Source: Ascidiella aspersa
Lineage: Eukaryota
Direction of reading: 5' to 3'
Assembly: GCA_963924565.1 (NCBI GenBank)
Contig: OZ004610.1
Location: 25,420,001 to 25,484,000, forward strand
Length of the DNA: 64,000 nt
The notes beneath the pieces were generated by a model. That model had not been told where the DNA came from, searched no databases, and worked only from the letters and a program-made list of their open reading frames with translations. A program made the translations under genes and the position numbers. Shown piece after piece: positions 13,201-25,366 of the stretch; position 1 is the stretch's first letter, and each line of letters opens with the position of its first letter.

Positions 13201-16200
13201 TGCAAATTAAAATACTCAAACATACTTTTCATTTTTAATAAATGTATGTTTGTGCTTATATATAATTTTGTACTGAATTATGCTATTACAAGACATTTCT
13301 TTATAATTGTGTTATTAGACAGTTAAATATAAGAATATATAAACAATGTATATAGAATTATTAGGAAACTGCAATTAAAAATTATTTCATTATTTAAGTT
13401 TTACGATATTAAAAACTAATATAGGAATGTCACCTGGTTCAGCGGTTGGAACAGCTTGCTTTGCAATTCTTTTTAAGGATGCCTGTCGCTTGTTCTTGCT
13501 TTGAGGCTGAACCATTAGATTTTCTTGAACTTTTTTCCATAAGTAATAAAACTCAACGAGTTCAGACTGCAGGAGATAAAACAATAATAGTAAATAAATA
13601 ATGTAGAGACTGTAAACAAATGCCATAATTGTGATTGATTTTATTAAATACAGAGTTTCATATAATTTAAAGTTAAAACATCTGATATAGTGTCAGGTGA
13701 TATTTGTCTAGGCCTGTCTGTAGTTTGAAGATTAATGACACGTACAGCTGAAAACCCTGTGCCCACAGGTATTATGGAGATATCCATCAGCCAAACATAG
13801 ACTTTGTTCGATCGCACAAAAGGATTTAGACAATCTCTCATTACGCTACTTACCGTTTCTTTGTTAGGTAAGAGGTCTTTTTTGATTTTGAAAAAGTTTT
13901 TTCCATTCTGTCTTAGGCCCTTTTGAAAACGTTTCTGAAAGAATTATACACAAAAAACTTTAATTATCTTTTATAAAAATTGTATATAAAAAAACATGTT
14001 GTACATTTCATGAAATCATACACAATGAGAAAATTTTATAAGATATACCTAACAAGTTGCAAGTTTCCTGGTAAAACAATAGTTTTACAACAGTAACTTG
14101 AATAGTCTATAAACTAAATTAAGTATACAGAAACTGTAATAAAAGGTGCAATGCCGCTGAGGTGTTTGTTTGGATAGCAACATGCCTGCGATATGCCCCG
14201 TCGACACTGTCTGGGTAGATTAACGGCTCAGATTTGCGATTCAGTCAAGTGGGATCACAAGGTTCAAAACCTTGACTTGACATCAATTGAAAGCAGGCGA
14301 GGCGTGGAAACACTTTGGGCGAGCGCTGCGCAATAGTGCTACATGGGCTTAACTGGCGGGCCATCACTTAGAATCACAGGCACTGCTTGTTGTGTAAACA
14401 TGAACGGTGGTAAATGAGAGCAGATAGGTGCTCAGGTGAGCGGCCATCGACCACAGGCAGTTGTTGAGACAACACAATCATAAAGCCCGACACAGGAAAA
14501 AGGTGCCTGCCATACAAGCCAGCTTAGGCCAAAGTGGAACATACTTACAAAGGTACAATGCCTAACATTTAGCTCCTACACACAAACAGAGGTGTTTTGT
14601 AGATTTTCTTAATTGGCACTGTTTAAACTAAACTCAGCAATTTGAAACTTCAAAACATTTCAAATATAACTCAAAAAGAGCAGCCAGTGTAATCCTATGG
14701 CAGCTCTATACCTTCAGTGAAAAACAACTCAACACTTTACATAGCTGCACAGGTGAAGTAAGTAAAGTCAATTACCATAATCGATTTTATAAAAAAAAAT
14801 TATATAAGACTCTGATAAGATGACTCTAGCAATGTACAATTTACAGAGTTATCAAATGGTTAATTGAAATATTATCTTCTTTGCCTGTTTAACACCAGAA
14901 TATTTTATCACCCATAAAACAAGGAAAGCTTACCACTTGATCTTCGGTCCACTTGCGTTCAATTGTCAAAGGCAAAGGGTTCTTGACAACGACTTGTAAG
15001 GCTGCTCTAGTGTCACCCTTGTTCTGGAATAACTGCAGAAAAAATAAGCACACAAATTGTCAATTATTTATCAAATGGCCCACAAGTGGTATTACAACAA
15101 GGTCTGCAATTAAAAACACAGCAGTGCCTATTAATTTAGATGGGAAGTATTATAAAGCTGAATTGCTAACAACAAAATGCAACATAACTTACAACATTTA
15201 AAGCATTAATTGTTGTTTCGTCTCTCGAAGCAATAATACAACCTTCTTCAGTGGAGCCACCATCGCACATACCAGCAAATGCTGCCATGCTCCTATAAAA
15301 CAAATATATTATATTTTTTAAGAGTGATACTGTAATGTATTTTATATTTCATTTTACAAAAAAAAATGACAAAGCAGTATAAACAAATTTAGAAAAATCT
15401 AATTCCAAGAATAATTAAAGTAATAGTTTGATGCAAACCCATAAAGTTTTTTTTAGGTATTTGCAAATGTGTACCAAGCAACTTGCAGCATTGCTGATTC
15501 ACCAACGCAGGATACATAGACATAAACCTGATTGCTGTGTAAAGACAGGGAAGCAAACATTAAGAGTGTGTGAACAACAGTTCATATTATAAGCAAACAG
15601 TGGGCAAACAAGGTCTATGCTAACACCTAACAGCTTAACCGCTTTCAAAAATGTTGCCCACCATCTTTACCCACTTTTTATCTTTCCAATTTACACGGTA
15701 CATATAAAGCCTTTCAAATTACTTTGTTAGGCTGTTTAAAGACCACTGTCAGATTTTAAAGAGGGCATTCAGATTTCATTTTGCGCTTGTTTTTTAGCTA
15801 CCATTTAACATTCAAATTCATTTGTCTTAAACAAGCCACATCACCAGTTTAAGAGAAAAATTCTACTGACGATTTTAATAACATAAAAACTAATAAAATT
15901 TACCTGGCAGAGTGCAAGTACATTATAAGGTCACAGTCGTTTGTTCCGGGCTCCCAAACAAGCTCCTCACATTCTGTGTTGACTTTCTGGCTGGCTGGCT
16001 TTAATGGAGGCAACAAATCAGGAATAACAGCCTGTTAATAGAAATATCAAAGTGAGGTGAAATGTTTCCTATGACAATTAGAAAATTAAATGTTTGTGTT
16101 GGGGATAATGTCTCTCAATAAATGCTATGGGCTAGGTATAAAATATAAAATCCATTTAGCAGATGATACTGAGCAGTTATAGTGCTATCAAAAACTCCCA

Positions 16201-18798
16201 ACACTAACTTGTATTTTTTAAAGATTTATCCAAAATAGAATCTTTGCTTCTAGATAACTATGCTACACTCATAGAAATGTTTTTTTGTCAATTTATGACC
16301 ATGTTCTTAGTTTCCAGGGTAATTTCAATAACAGCACAAAAATTACAATATTTTTTACACCAATTAAATCCCAAGTAATAAGGGAAAAAATGTGTTAATC
16401 TGAAAAAATGTTCAGGCTTTTGTGTTTTCATTAATATATTATTTGTGATGTTTGTGTTTAATGTTACATGATTGTAGTGATAAAAAAAACATAATAAAAA
16501 TTACCTTCTGAAAAATCCCTCTGGTGGAAGCATTCCATTGGTGACTTGGCCCAACTCTTACCTCGCCTTGTGTGCTGGTAAGCCGTCTGAAAAAGCAATC
16601 TTTAGATAAAAAGGATTGAGGTGACTTTTTAAATTGCAAATAAACAATTGGGATTATCTAAAAACCAGCCAACTTTCTTTTAAACGCGAAATTTCATTTT
16701 CTGAGAAAAGATAGATACCAGATTCTGTATTTAAAAAAATTAAAACAATCAAAACATAAAACACCTAAATTGAACTATTATGGAACAACTTGTTGAGCAA
16801 TTCATTAATTAAAACTTATATGTATTTACATATTGTGTTGGCAATACGATTTTAGTATGTCATTGCCATGTGCTACTTTTTGCTATTAAACTGTTATAGT
16901 TTGCATTTGTTTTTCTTTCAATTTAGACAAACTCGTTATATATAAAACATACTACATTGTTTAGAAAAAGTTTGCATGTTTTTTAGAGCTTGAAGTAAAT
17001 TCTAGTCAAACATCATGTACATCATACCTTGTTTCAGGATTGTAGCCCAGTGTATAAAAGAAGCTGTCAGGTTTAAGGCCATAGTCTTTTACAGCATGAA
17101 AGTCACTGAAATGCGTCACCAGGCATTTACCCCTGAATAAATAGTGGTAATTAATCATACATGTATTAACAGTTTATATCGAAATAACCCTCATTGTAGG
17201 CATAACATAACAAAATATCATAATTAGACACCCATAGATTAATTATTATTATTTTATAAGTAAGGCGGATTAGTGGCTTATCCCCACCAACAGACATCCT
17301 GTTAAGAATACAGTTGTTATCAATCATTTCAATTGCCGGTGTCAAGAACAAATACTTTGTAGATTATATTGGATGGTTTGGGGCCTCAAATTCTTACTTA
17401 CCGAAGCCTGGACACTGGAAAAATGTCAGTATTTTCATCATCAGACACAAAGAGTTCACGGTTTCGCCACTCATTCTTTAGAATCAATTCCTTCTCTTTC
17501 TGATCTTCTGCACACAATAGATTACATTGTACTAACAATTAATTAAAAACTAGAATCGCTGGTTTTCATAATATTGTAAAAGTGAAAGTGTTTTAAAGAA
17601 AGTTCCAGATATAAAAGAAGTAGTTTTTATGGATTTTTTTTTACAATCACATGTAAAACAAAAAGCAAGATACTATGCCTGAAACACGAAAGAAAACTGA
17701 TTTATTTTATATATAATCATGTGAAATGCTTCCAATGTTAATTTGGTGAAAACTGGAAAAACAAATACTTTCAGACAAGCTTTCCACTTGAGAGACACTT
17801 ACCTGCTCCATCAAGTCTCTCCTTTACAAGCATTTGATATACAGAATCAGGCACTTCCCCAGGTCTGTAGTACCACTTCACGACCACCACAGCATTGTCT
17901 TTTTTGCTCTGTCAACAGTTTAACGACATTAATTTCCAACATAATTCTGAGGTATACAGTTATTAACGCGCCTGTCAATGACAAATTAATTATTAAATAT
18001 TACTACATGCATTAAAATTATTAAATTGTGTACACCATAACTTGCAAAACAGCCATCGTCAAAAGTTACAAGTTTAGCGCAACACATGTTGCTAGTTATA
18101 AAAATATATTTTTACGAACCACTTTAATTTCTTGAATGGTCCCAATGAAGTAGGGATTATCTGGTCTTTCAGTAGCTATATATGCAGAGTCTACATAAAA
18201 TAATCATATTTAAATTTTATGTGACCAAAAACATATTGTATAATACATTTGTAGATGACAAAGCTAAAATATACGATTTTATACAAAAGTTATACTAATG
18301 TTAAAAATGTTTAATGCACACCAAACAACTTGTATGATTCCCCTTCGTCAGTTTTGTACTCCACAACTTCATTATGGTCTCCACGCACAATATGACCTGT
18401 TGTACCACTGTCTCTTTTTTTCAAATCTTCTTTTTGTTCCTTCTTGTTATCATCAGGTTGATTGCTGGCAACCTGAAATGACAAAATGAAAATTCAATGA
18501 ACAATACAGTTTGAAGATTGGGAAAAAAAATACAACAACAATAATTTGCATTAAGTTAACATTGAGTGCAATATTCAAAACAAATCATCGTGGAAGCACA
18601 GCAATGCCTTTTACACAAAAGTACTATTGACAGGAATTTATATTTGTTGAGAGCAGCATTAAAACCATTCTTCATAGAGTTGTTAGCTCATTAGGTTTAT
18701 TTTACCTTGTCCTTGTTTTCTTTATCATGGTTGGAAGAACTTCTTGTGTTTCTTCTCGTGCCTTGCTGCATCCATAAGGGATCTTTGCCAGAATCCAT
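1205..18798 (-). CDS. RERE: Arginine-glutamic acid dipeptide repeats protein / Atrophin co-repressor (BAH-ELM2-SANT-GATA-Atrophin), ~1338 aa, 29 coding exons
   Basis: Manually spliced GT-AG exons (minus): 18706-18798, 18322-18472, 18120-18190, 17803-17908, 17402-17507, 17028-17132, 16505-16586, 15904-16031, 15193-15292, 14934-15032, 13854-13934, 13434-13566, 13077-13172, 12805-12932, 12415-12558, 11829-11912, 11167-11234, 10454-10859, 9861-10062, 9420-9528, 9055-9166, 8505-8593, 7512-7734, 6547-6680, 4672-4819, 3986-4205, 2921-3035, 2259-2494, 1205-1452. Phases are consistent (total 4017 nt). Motifs: [18 protein letters not shown] / [14 protein letters not shown]; ELM2 [34 protein letters not shown]; [39 protein letters not shown]; GATA finger [17 protein letters not shown]; PPPFMFKP; Atrophin [31 protein letters not shown]. 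Boundaries of exons in the low-complexity middle (12415-12558, 9861-10062) are less certain. Confidence 0.95.
1743..2126. mobile_element. hAT-type MITE in RERE last intron
   Basis: Termini TAGAGAT...ATCTCTA, subterminal CCGATA/TATCGG repeats, flanks gtttttaa / gcttttaa (8-bp TSD, 7/8 match). Confidence 0.7.
3457..3905 (+). mobile_element. Degenerate non-autonomous hAT (Charlie/SPIN-like) element with a transposase N-terminal relic
   Basis: GCCCGCGG subterminal motifs at both ends. 3655-3782 reads, with lesions, [25 protein letters not shown], typical of SPIN/GTF2IRD2-like transposase starts. Ends are imprecise. Confidence 0.6.
4936..5350. mobile_element. MITE with 18-bp TIRs
   Basis: CAGACTTGGACAACTAGA ... 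TCTAGTTGTCCAAGTTTG; flanks ggcgtgaag / ggcgtgag (degenerate TSD). Confidence 0.75.
6258..6482. repeat. ~100-bp-arm palindrome carrying mirror-image minimal hammerhead cores (Penelope-like retroelement relic)
   Basis: Arms 6258-6354 and 6383-6482 are imperfect inverted repeats. Minus arm: ACC-CTGACGA-stemII-GAAACGTA-GGT. Plus arm: CTGACGA at 6409-6415. Confidence 0.6.
7157..7423. mobile_element. Charlie/Buster-type hAT MITE
   Basis: agtgattttcaac ... ggttgagaaccactg termini; GGCACCCC subterminal repeats. Confidence 0.6.
8671..8965. repeat. Two-copy ~140-150 bp tandem duplication in an intron
   Basis: tctaattacgcg...aaatacacctt occurs starting at ~8671 and ~8823. Confidence 0.75.
11557..11830. 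repeat. Two-copy ~140 bp tandem duplication in an intron
   Basis: gtaaacaaact..gcaacaaaaacacaaatt..ctttgtgaggtttaaaactatt repeated at ~11557 and ~11701. Confidence 0.7.
14156..14548 (+). mobile_element. Putative tRNA-derived SINE (~390 bp)
   Basis: 14-bp TSD aaaggtgcaatgcc (14142-14155) / aaaggtacaatgcc (14549-14562); B-box-like GGTTCAAAACC at 14261-14271; GC-richer than the flanks; short catacttac tail. Confidence 0.6.
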
Positions 18799-19168
18799 AT
18801 TCACCAGTTTGCCTGCTTATAAACTTAAACAACAAGCGCAATACAATTCATCTGTTTTAAAATAAACACTATAAATGTTGGTATACAAGGCTTCAAGAAA
18901 ACTAGACCCATCCAACCACAAGCTGCATAAAACAACAGACTCTGAAACTTGTCAGACTTTAGGCTCACTGAAACTTTGTCAGAGTTTTATGGAAAGATAA
19001 TTAGGCTAAACACAGCCTAATCTGGCATAAGATTAAACTTCACGACAAACTGCGGAATCCTCTTTTAAGGTGTAACTATGTAGGTGAGCAATGACAACAG
19101 TCGAATTTGTGGCCACATAACAGCATACACAAGCATGGGTGTACTCAAGGTTAAGTCTGAAATTGCTC

Positions 19169-19243
19169 ATTCGTTAGTTTTGTACTTCACAACTTTATCA
19201 TGCTCAACATGCAAAAAATATGGCATGTAGTAGCACTGTCTCT
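19169..19243 (-). pseudogene. Decayed duplicate of part of RERE coding exon 2
   Basis: Aligns by eye to 18343-18414 (RDSATTCHI..HDKVVKYKTNE vs [20 protein letters not shown]) with a 2-nt frameshift. Confidence 0.65.
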
Positions 19244-19609
19244 CCACAATTAATTACAAAGTGATTTGCTTATTAACCTGGAAATTAGACCGAATAATAG
19301 AAATTTACTGATGGGATTAAAATTGTGAGGGTTGTATAAATTTACTAAATTCTAGTTAAGTTCACCAATTACCTAGATATCTAGCTCATTCATTTAAAAC
19401 GGCAAAAAACAGCAAAGATTGGTTGTGGTTACTTATTCTTTGCATTTCAGGACATCTGAAGACTTATCGTAGCATTTTGTGTTATTTAATTTGATTCTAC
19501 ATTACCGTGCAACACAACTACTAAATATTTCTCCTTAAGGCTGTAGTCAAGTAAAAGTACTAATTCTTCACAAATTCATGATTTGTTATGAAAATATTAT
19601 ATACCTTAG

Positions 19610-20128
19610 CAGTAGTTCTCAACCTTTTTATACCCGTGGCCCCTTTTTTATGCTTTCAAATAGTCGCGGACCCCTTACATTTTTCTGGTGTAATATCTGC
19701 ATTTAGTTCTTTTCAATAATTCAGTATATATCTGCCGAGTGCACTATATGTTGAGTAAAGTAACAGACAACACCAAATTGCTTTATGACACGTTTATTTT
19801 AATGTGCGTAGTAAGTCTTGAAATGCGTGTTTGAGTTTTAACAATGCTAAACGCATGCCATCTTGGCGATCGATATTATAAACTAAAATCAAGTACATGT
19901 GAGCTGCAATAATGCTGCCTTCCATTTCACAATCTATTTGTGTTATATCACAAAAAAGTGTTATGTCACATTCAATGCGATTTGCAACATGTTACAATGT
20001 GATTTTATCACTTAACAAGATTGTGATTATTCATGTTTCCCAGCGTTAATAAATTTAAAAAAGGTATATTTAGAAGTTTTTGCGAACCTCTTGAAAACGC
20101 TTTGCGTACCCCAGGTTGAGAACCACTG
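19610..20128. mobile_element. Charlie/Buster-type hAT MITE
   Basis: cagtagttctcaacc ... ggttgagaaccactg TIRs; TSD not clean. Confidence 0.7.
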
Positions 20129-20162
20129 CTTTAGTACCTGTTTGGAAAACAGGTTTTCTACC

Positions 20163-20167
<5 letters not shown>

Positions 20168-20197
<30 letters not shown>
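20168..20197. repeat. (TA)n microsatellite
   Basis: Uninterrupted alternating TA run of about 30 nt. Confidence 0.9.
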
Positions 20198-20201
<4 letters not shown>

Positions 20202-20989
20202 TGACTGACTTATACTAACAAACATGTACGTCAGGATATGCTGCCCTAAGTAGTAAAGTTAAAGCAACAAAAGTCACACTGTAAAGAGTTGTATGGCAGT
20301 TGAAGATGTTAAATGTTCACACATGACATTAACATTGGCAGCATACTATGTTTTGTGAGACAGAAGTGAGTAAACCTAATTTAAGTTGGGAATTGTAATA
20401 CACTAAAAACTGAATTACCAATAGACCTGGGCATGTTCCCCGAAAAATGCTTCCCCGAAAAACCTGGCCTACATTCTGTGCCAGGTGCACACTGAACATA
20501 TTTTAAAAGGAATTTGTGTGCAAACTTGAATTAACAACTTGCACGCCTAAATTCCAGAAAAAGGTTGTTGTGCTAGATTCCTTAACCTTAGGTGTACATA
20601 AAACCTCAAAATTTGGCGATACATATCGGACACCCGGTGTAAAGTGTCATGAAATGCAGAGTGGCCCAAAAATAAAGCAGTGACGTTATTTGGCGTGAAA
20701 TATTGCTGGTCAACTGAAATTACAATAAAAAATAGCTCGTTTGGTCTATAAATCATCTTATTTTATCGTTGGATTTTAACCAAAATCTGTTTTGCATGAA
20801 TCCTTGGCGGCCACAAGGTATTGAATGCAGTTAAGATAAGTAGACAATAACAAAAGTTTGTATCAGTGTTTCAGGTATTCCATGGCAGGATTTTGATAGT
20901 CAGTTGTGCATACAACCTTAATTGTACTCTTCACATCTCAACATTTGGCGCTGTTTCACTAGGCTGCCACATATTCAGACCCCAATTCC

Positions 20990-21258
20990 CACTGCTGGAA
21001 AGTATGGCAGGTTTCGACGAGATCTTGCGGGTGCACGGTCGGAAAAATCCGGGTGACCGGGTGCAACAAAGGTCAAAAAAGTACACCTCGGGTGCACTTT
21101 ATGATTTTCCGATGCATTCTGTATTGCATACAATGCACTGTAAACGTATGCCGCATGAGCATTTTACATATTTGGGGTGCAGTTCCGATATTTTTCCGGG
21201 TGCACTTTTACAAGGTTGAAAAAAACTCGCGGGTGCACTTGCCATACTTTCCACAGTG
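20990..21258. mobile_element. MITE with ~20-bp TIRs and a 9-bp TSD
   Basis: CACTGCTGGAAAGTATGGCA ... TGCCATACTTTCCACAGTG; flanks cccaattcc / gccaattcc; internal CGGGTGCAC repeats. Confidence 0.75.
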
Positions 21259-21964
21259 GCCAATTCCCAACATAGATTAAAACTTCAGAACAATCAACCT
21301 GGCTTAGTTGCGATTTCCATTTTTCCCTGGTTTCTGTTGCCAATCTAAATCTTCCCTGGTTGAAATATATAGGTATTTACGTAAACAGAAATTAATTAGG
21401 GGAAAAATAATGTAAAAAACAACTGATACCGCAAATTGCGCGCAGGCGTGTTGTTACTTATGTCACGGTAATAACTCACTTTTCTCGAGTGAATATTTAT
21501 AGTTAAGTTTACACATTTACGATTTGGTAATGAAAATAAAACTTCTTAAGCTTAAACAAACGGTGAAAGATCTACGTTGTTACCATATCATCTGTAAACC
21601 TTTGAGAACATCAGTTAAGCGTAGCGTAACAGCTGTTGGTGGCGGCGAAGCACTCTTCTGAAATCACAATTCAATTTGCTTTAAAACACTTGATTTTAGA
21701 TAAATCATAGAATACTCACACATATTAGCTTTCTATAATTCTAACCTTATTATTGGTTATCTCAGTCGAAATATATTTTAGAAATGCAACTCGTTTTAGA
21801 TCATCTGTCGCGTGCGGTCGACAACATAATAACAGTTTTGGGTTCACTACTTCTATTTAAATAATGCGGGCTTGCTTGTGTATTGCCTGATCGTGCATAA
21901 TTGCTGTATATTAATGATTGGCGAAAACAACAAGGCGAACAGTTTTCTCATGCATAATATAGTT

Positions 21965-22586
21965 CAGCGTTTCTCAACCGGTGCGCCATGGAAGGCTGCC
22001 AGGTGCGCCACGAGCAAAAGGAAAAAATAGTTTAATATATAAAACATGTATTTTTACTTTTCTATTAGGCTTAGCTCATTGATTCCAGAGTACTTTCAAG
22101 TAAGAAACACAAGAATACCTACAAAGCAACAATATCTAAGTCAGATTTTCCATAATACCATATTACTAAGACCAAATTCGCATTAATGACCACGACAGAA
22201 TAAAATCTAAAATAGTCTAGATAAGACCTAAACATGTCGAATTAAGCTCCAAACTAATCGGAATAAGACAAAATTACGCCCAGGATTGTAGCGAAAGGGT
22301 ACGGGTATGGGATGTTTGTGGGACACATGTCTGGCATTGGCCGTTTGCTGTCGAAATTAGGGCGCCGCTGTTTTGGTCTCGGATTTTTGCCTCTGTTTGG
22401 GCTTATAGGCGGTAATTGGTGGTATTAGCAATTGGGCTAGGGTTAAAAATATTAAATGGCAAGCAATTTAAGAGAAATACAGGTACACCTCAAAAATTTC
22501 GCGCTCGCTTCGCTCGCAATGTGCGCCGCAACGTTTTAAAATAGCTCTAGATGCGTCCCCAAGCTAAAAATGTTAAGAAACACTGC
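21965..22586. mobile_element. hAT MITE containing a fragment of another interspersed repeat
   Basis: cagcgtttctcaac ... gttaagaaacactg; flanks atatagtt / ctataatt. Internal ~22150-22460 resembles the repeats at ~28230, ~52285 and ~60260. Confidence 0.55.
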
Positions 22587-23458
22587 TATAATTAAAGCAA
22601 AGAGATAATTTATAAAACTTATATGCGTCATTAACATGTTTTGTCATTTATAACGAAATTTATTAATACCAGTGCTCGGAAATTGGTGTGCCGTGACCAT
22701 GTCAGGTGTCGCGACGACGTTTCAAGGGTGTTTCTTGCGTTTTGTAAAAGTGCTTTTTACAGTAGAATTAACACAAAAATGGTCATCAAGGCAGGCATTT
22801 TGTCCTTGCAGGTCTTACTGGTATAAACTTTATGACCTTTACCTTAATCAGCAAGCATTGGCGCATGGTAGTTTCTCGACTCGTTCCCTTCTGAGTTTTT
22901 TTAGTCTACTCTGCTTGCATCATAGATCAACAGATTCGGTGAGTCTGCGATGGCTTTTGGTGTACTAATTATACGTAAGCCGTAGTCGTTGGTCAAAAAG
23001 CAGCTTCGAAGGGCTAGATCTCAGTTATTAACACACATTTGTGTGAATGTTTCTAAGAATAAATGATATGGTACTGTTGACTTTTTAAGACTTGTTACTC
23101 AGCACAGGGCCTTGCTGCAACAGTATCGCAGATCGTTCGCGACCCACTCTGCAGAAATAGGACGAACAAATCTCGCCGAAAATGTGATTAACAGTGGAGA
23201 TGCTCGCCCAGTGGGACAACCCTTTCGTCGGATGGAACCACACGAAAAGAAGAAAGTGGAGGAAATCGTACACGAGATGAAGACCCAGGGTCATATACGT
23301 CCATCATCATCCCCATGGTCAAGCCCGATCGTGCTCGTGAGGAAAAAGTCAAGTGAAACTCGTTTTTGCATTGATTATCGCGGCCTTAACGAGGTAACAA
23401 AGAAAAACAGCTACCCTATACCACAAGTAGACGAAAGCCTCGATCTTTTATCTAACTC

Positions 23459-23990
23459 CAGTGTTGTAAACAAGTCATTTTGAAATAACTTAAGTCCCAG
23501 TTAAGTTATTCGTAAAATAACTTAAGTCCAAGTCAAGTCTTTTTGAATAAATAACAAGTCAAGTCCCAGTCCAAGTCATCAGTTGCCCAAGTCAAGTCCC
23601 AGTCAAGTCATAATTAGAGCAAGTCAACTTCAAGTCCAGCCCTTGACAAAAAAATAAAACTTTAAATTATGAAAACCGGCAAACTTCTTCGATTATTATG
23701 AGCAACTCAAGTCAAAAATAACATAAAAGCAGCATATAACAAGAAAATTCTTTTATGTGCAAATATTGGGCTAAATAACGCAATTTTATAAATAATTGCT
23801 TAATTAAAACAATTTATTTTAACCCAAGTCATTTGACTAAATGACTTAAGTCAAGTCAAGTCATTTGCCCAAAAGACTTAAGTCAAGTCAAGTCATTTTG
23901 CCCAAAAGACTTAAGTCAAGTCAAGTCATTTAAAAACAGTGACTTAAGTGCACTTAAGTCAAGTCATTGACTTAAGTCATTACAACACTG
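23459..23990. mobile_element. hAT MITE inserted in Gypsy RT
   Basis: TIRs CAGTGTTGTAA / TTACAACACTG; perfect TSD tctaactc (23451-23458, 23991-23998); (CAAGT)n subterminal arrays. Confidence 0.92.
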
Positions 23991-24727
23991 TCTAACTCAA
24001 CCTATTTTAGTACACTAGATTTAAAATCTGGGTATTGGCCAATTCCCATGGATAAAAGTTCCCGCGAAAAGACCGCTTTCGCGAGCCACATGGATCTGTT
24101 CGAGTTCAATGTGATGCCAATGGGGCTTTGCAATTCCGCTGCTAGTTTCCAGCGATTAATGCGTATTGTTTTCAATGGCATAGAATGGCAAGGAGTACTC
24201 GCTTATTTGGATGATATCATTGTGTATGGGCGCACCTTTCAGGAGCATATGGAGCGATTGGAGGGCATGCTACTACGACTTGCCGACGCGGGCCTGACAC
24301 TCAAGCCTAAGAAGTGAACTCTTTTCAAGAACGAGGTAAAATTTTTGGGCCACATTGTTTCTGCCGAAGGTGTTTTGTGTGACCCCGAAAAACTCGCTGG
24401 AGTAAAATCATGGCCGGCCCCGAAGAATACAAAGCAAGTACGACAGTTCGTTGGTTTAACTTCTTATTACCGCAAGTTCATTTATGTTAAAATGATTATG
24501 CCAAAATAGCTGCGCCGCTTCACCGTCTAACAGAAAAGTCGACGCCATTCGCATGGTCGGACGAGTGTCAGACAAGCTTTGCCAAACTAAAATCGTCTTT
24601 AATAAAATCACCAGTTCTTCGCTACCCTGATTTCCAGAGGCCTTTCGTATTAGACACCGATGCGTCTGATTTTGCCATTGGATGCGTGTTAGCGCAATGG
24701 CACGAGGGAAAGGAACACGTTATAGCC

Positions 24728-25366
24728 CAGGGGTCGGCAACCTACGGCCCGCGGGCCGGATCCGGCCCGCCAGTGAAAATCATCCGGCCCGCGACCTCTT
24801 TTTCAAATAGACCCAAGGTCATCCATCATATTATTAACTTTTTGTACGATACAAAAATGCAAAAAATTTTGCTACATGCTTCTTTTAAGGGAGTCTTCTA
24901 AGACCAAAGGGCCATGCGCATAAAAACTATTTAAGTGGAAATTAATCGTAGCATGGAACTCTGAAATGAAAGTTTCTCCAACGTAATCTTTTTAATCTTT
25001 TCTGTGATGAATTCCGTCTTTTATGATAAAAATTACACCAAAGGGTATCAAAAATGTGTCTAATTTTAATTTTGTGTGTGCGCAATGCGTTACGTCTTCT
25101 TGCAAATCGAAAGGCAATGTAAACCAAACAAACGCAATTTTTTCGCGCTTTGCGCGTTTAGTTTAAAAGAAATATTTCTATTCAATTTTTAGTTTAAAAG
25201 AAATATTTCTATTCAATTGCATAAAACATTTAGGTCTGACCCCCATTCAGTGTAATTAAATACCACACGTTTTAATAACAAAATTTTTGTGGAATTTTAT
25301 TACGGCCCGCCGAGAACTTGCTAAGGTTGTTTTGGCCCGCGACTAGCAAAAGGTTGCCGACCCCTG
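24728..25366. mobile_element. Buster/Charlie hAT MITE inserted in Gypsy RNase H
   Basis: Perfect TIRs CAGGGGTCGGCAACCT / AGGTTGCCGACCCCTG; perfect TSD ttatagcc. Confidence 0.95.

Noticed and set aside
20866-21280. 117-aa and 75-aa ORFs
   Set aside because: They span a MITE and flanking repeat sequence; no domain motifs.
23480-23980. CAAGT/GACTTAAGT repeat arrays as a CRISPR-like array
   Set aside because: Eukaryotic context, no unique spacers; these are subterminal repeats inside a TIR- and TSD-bounded MITE.
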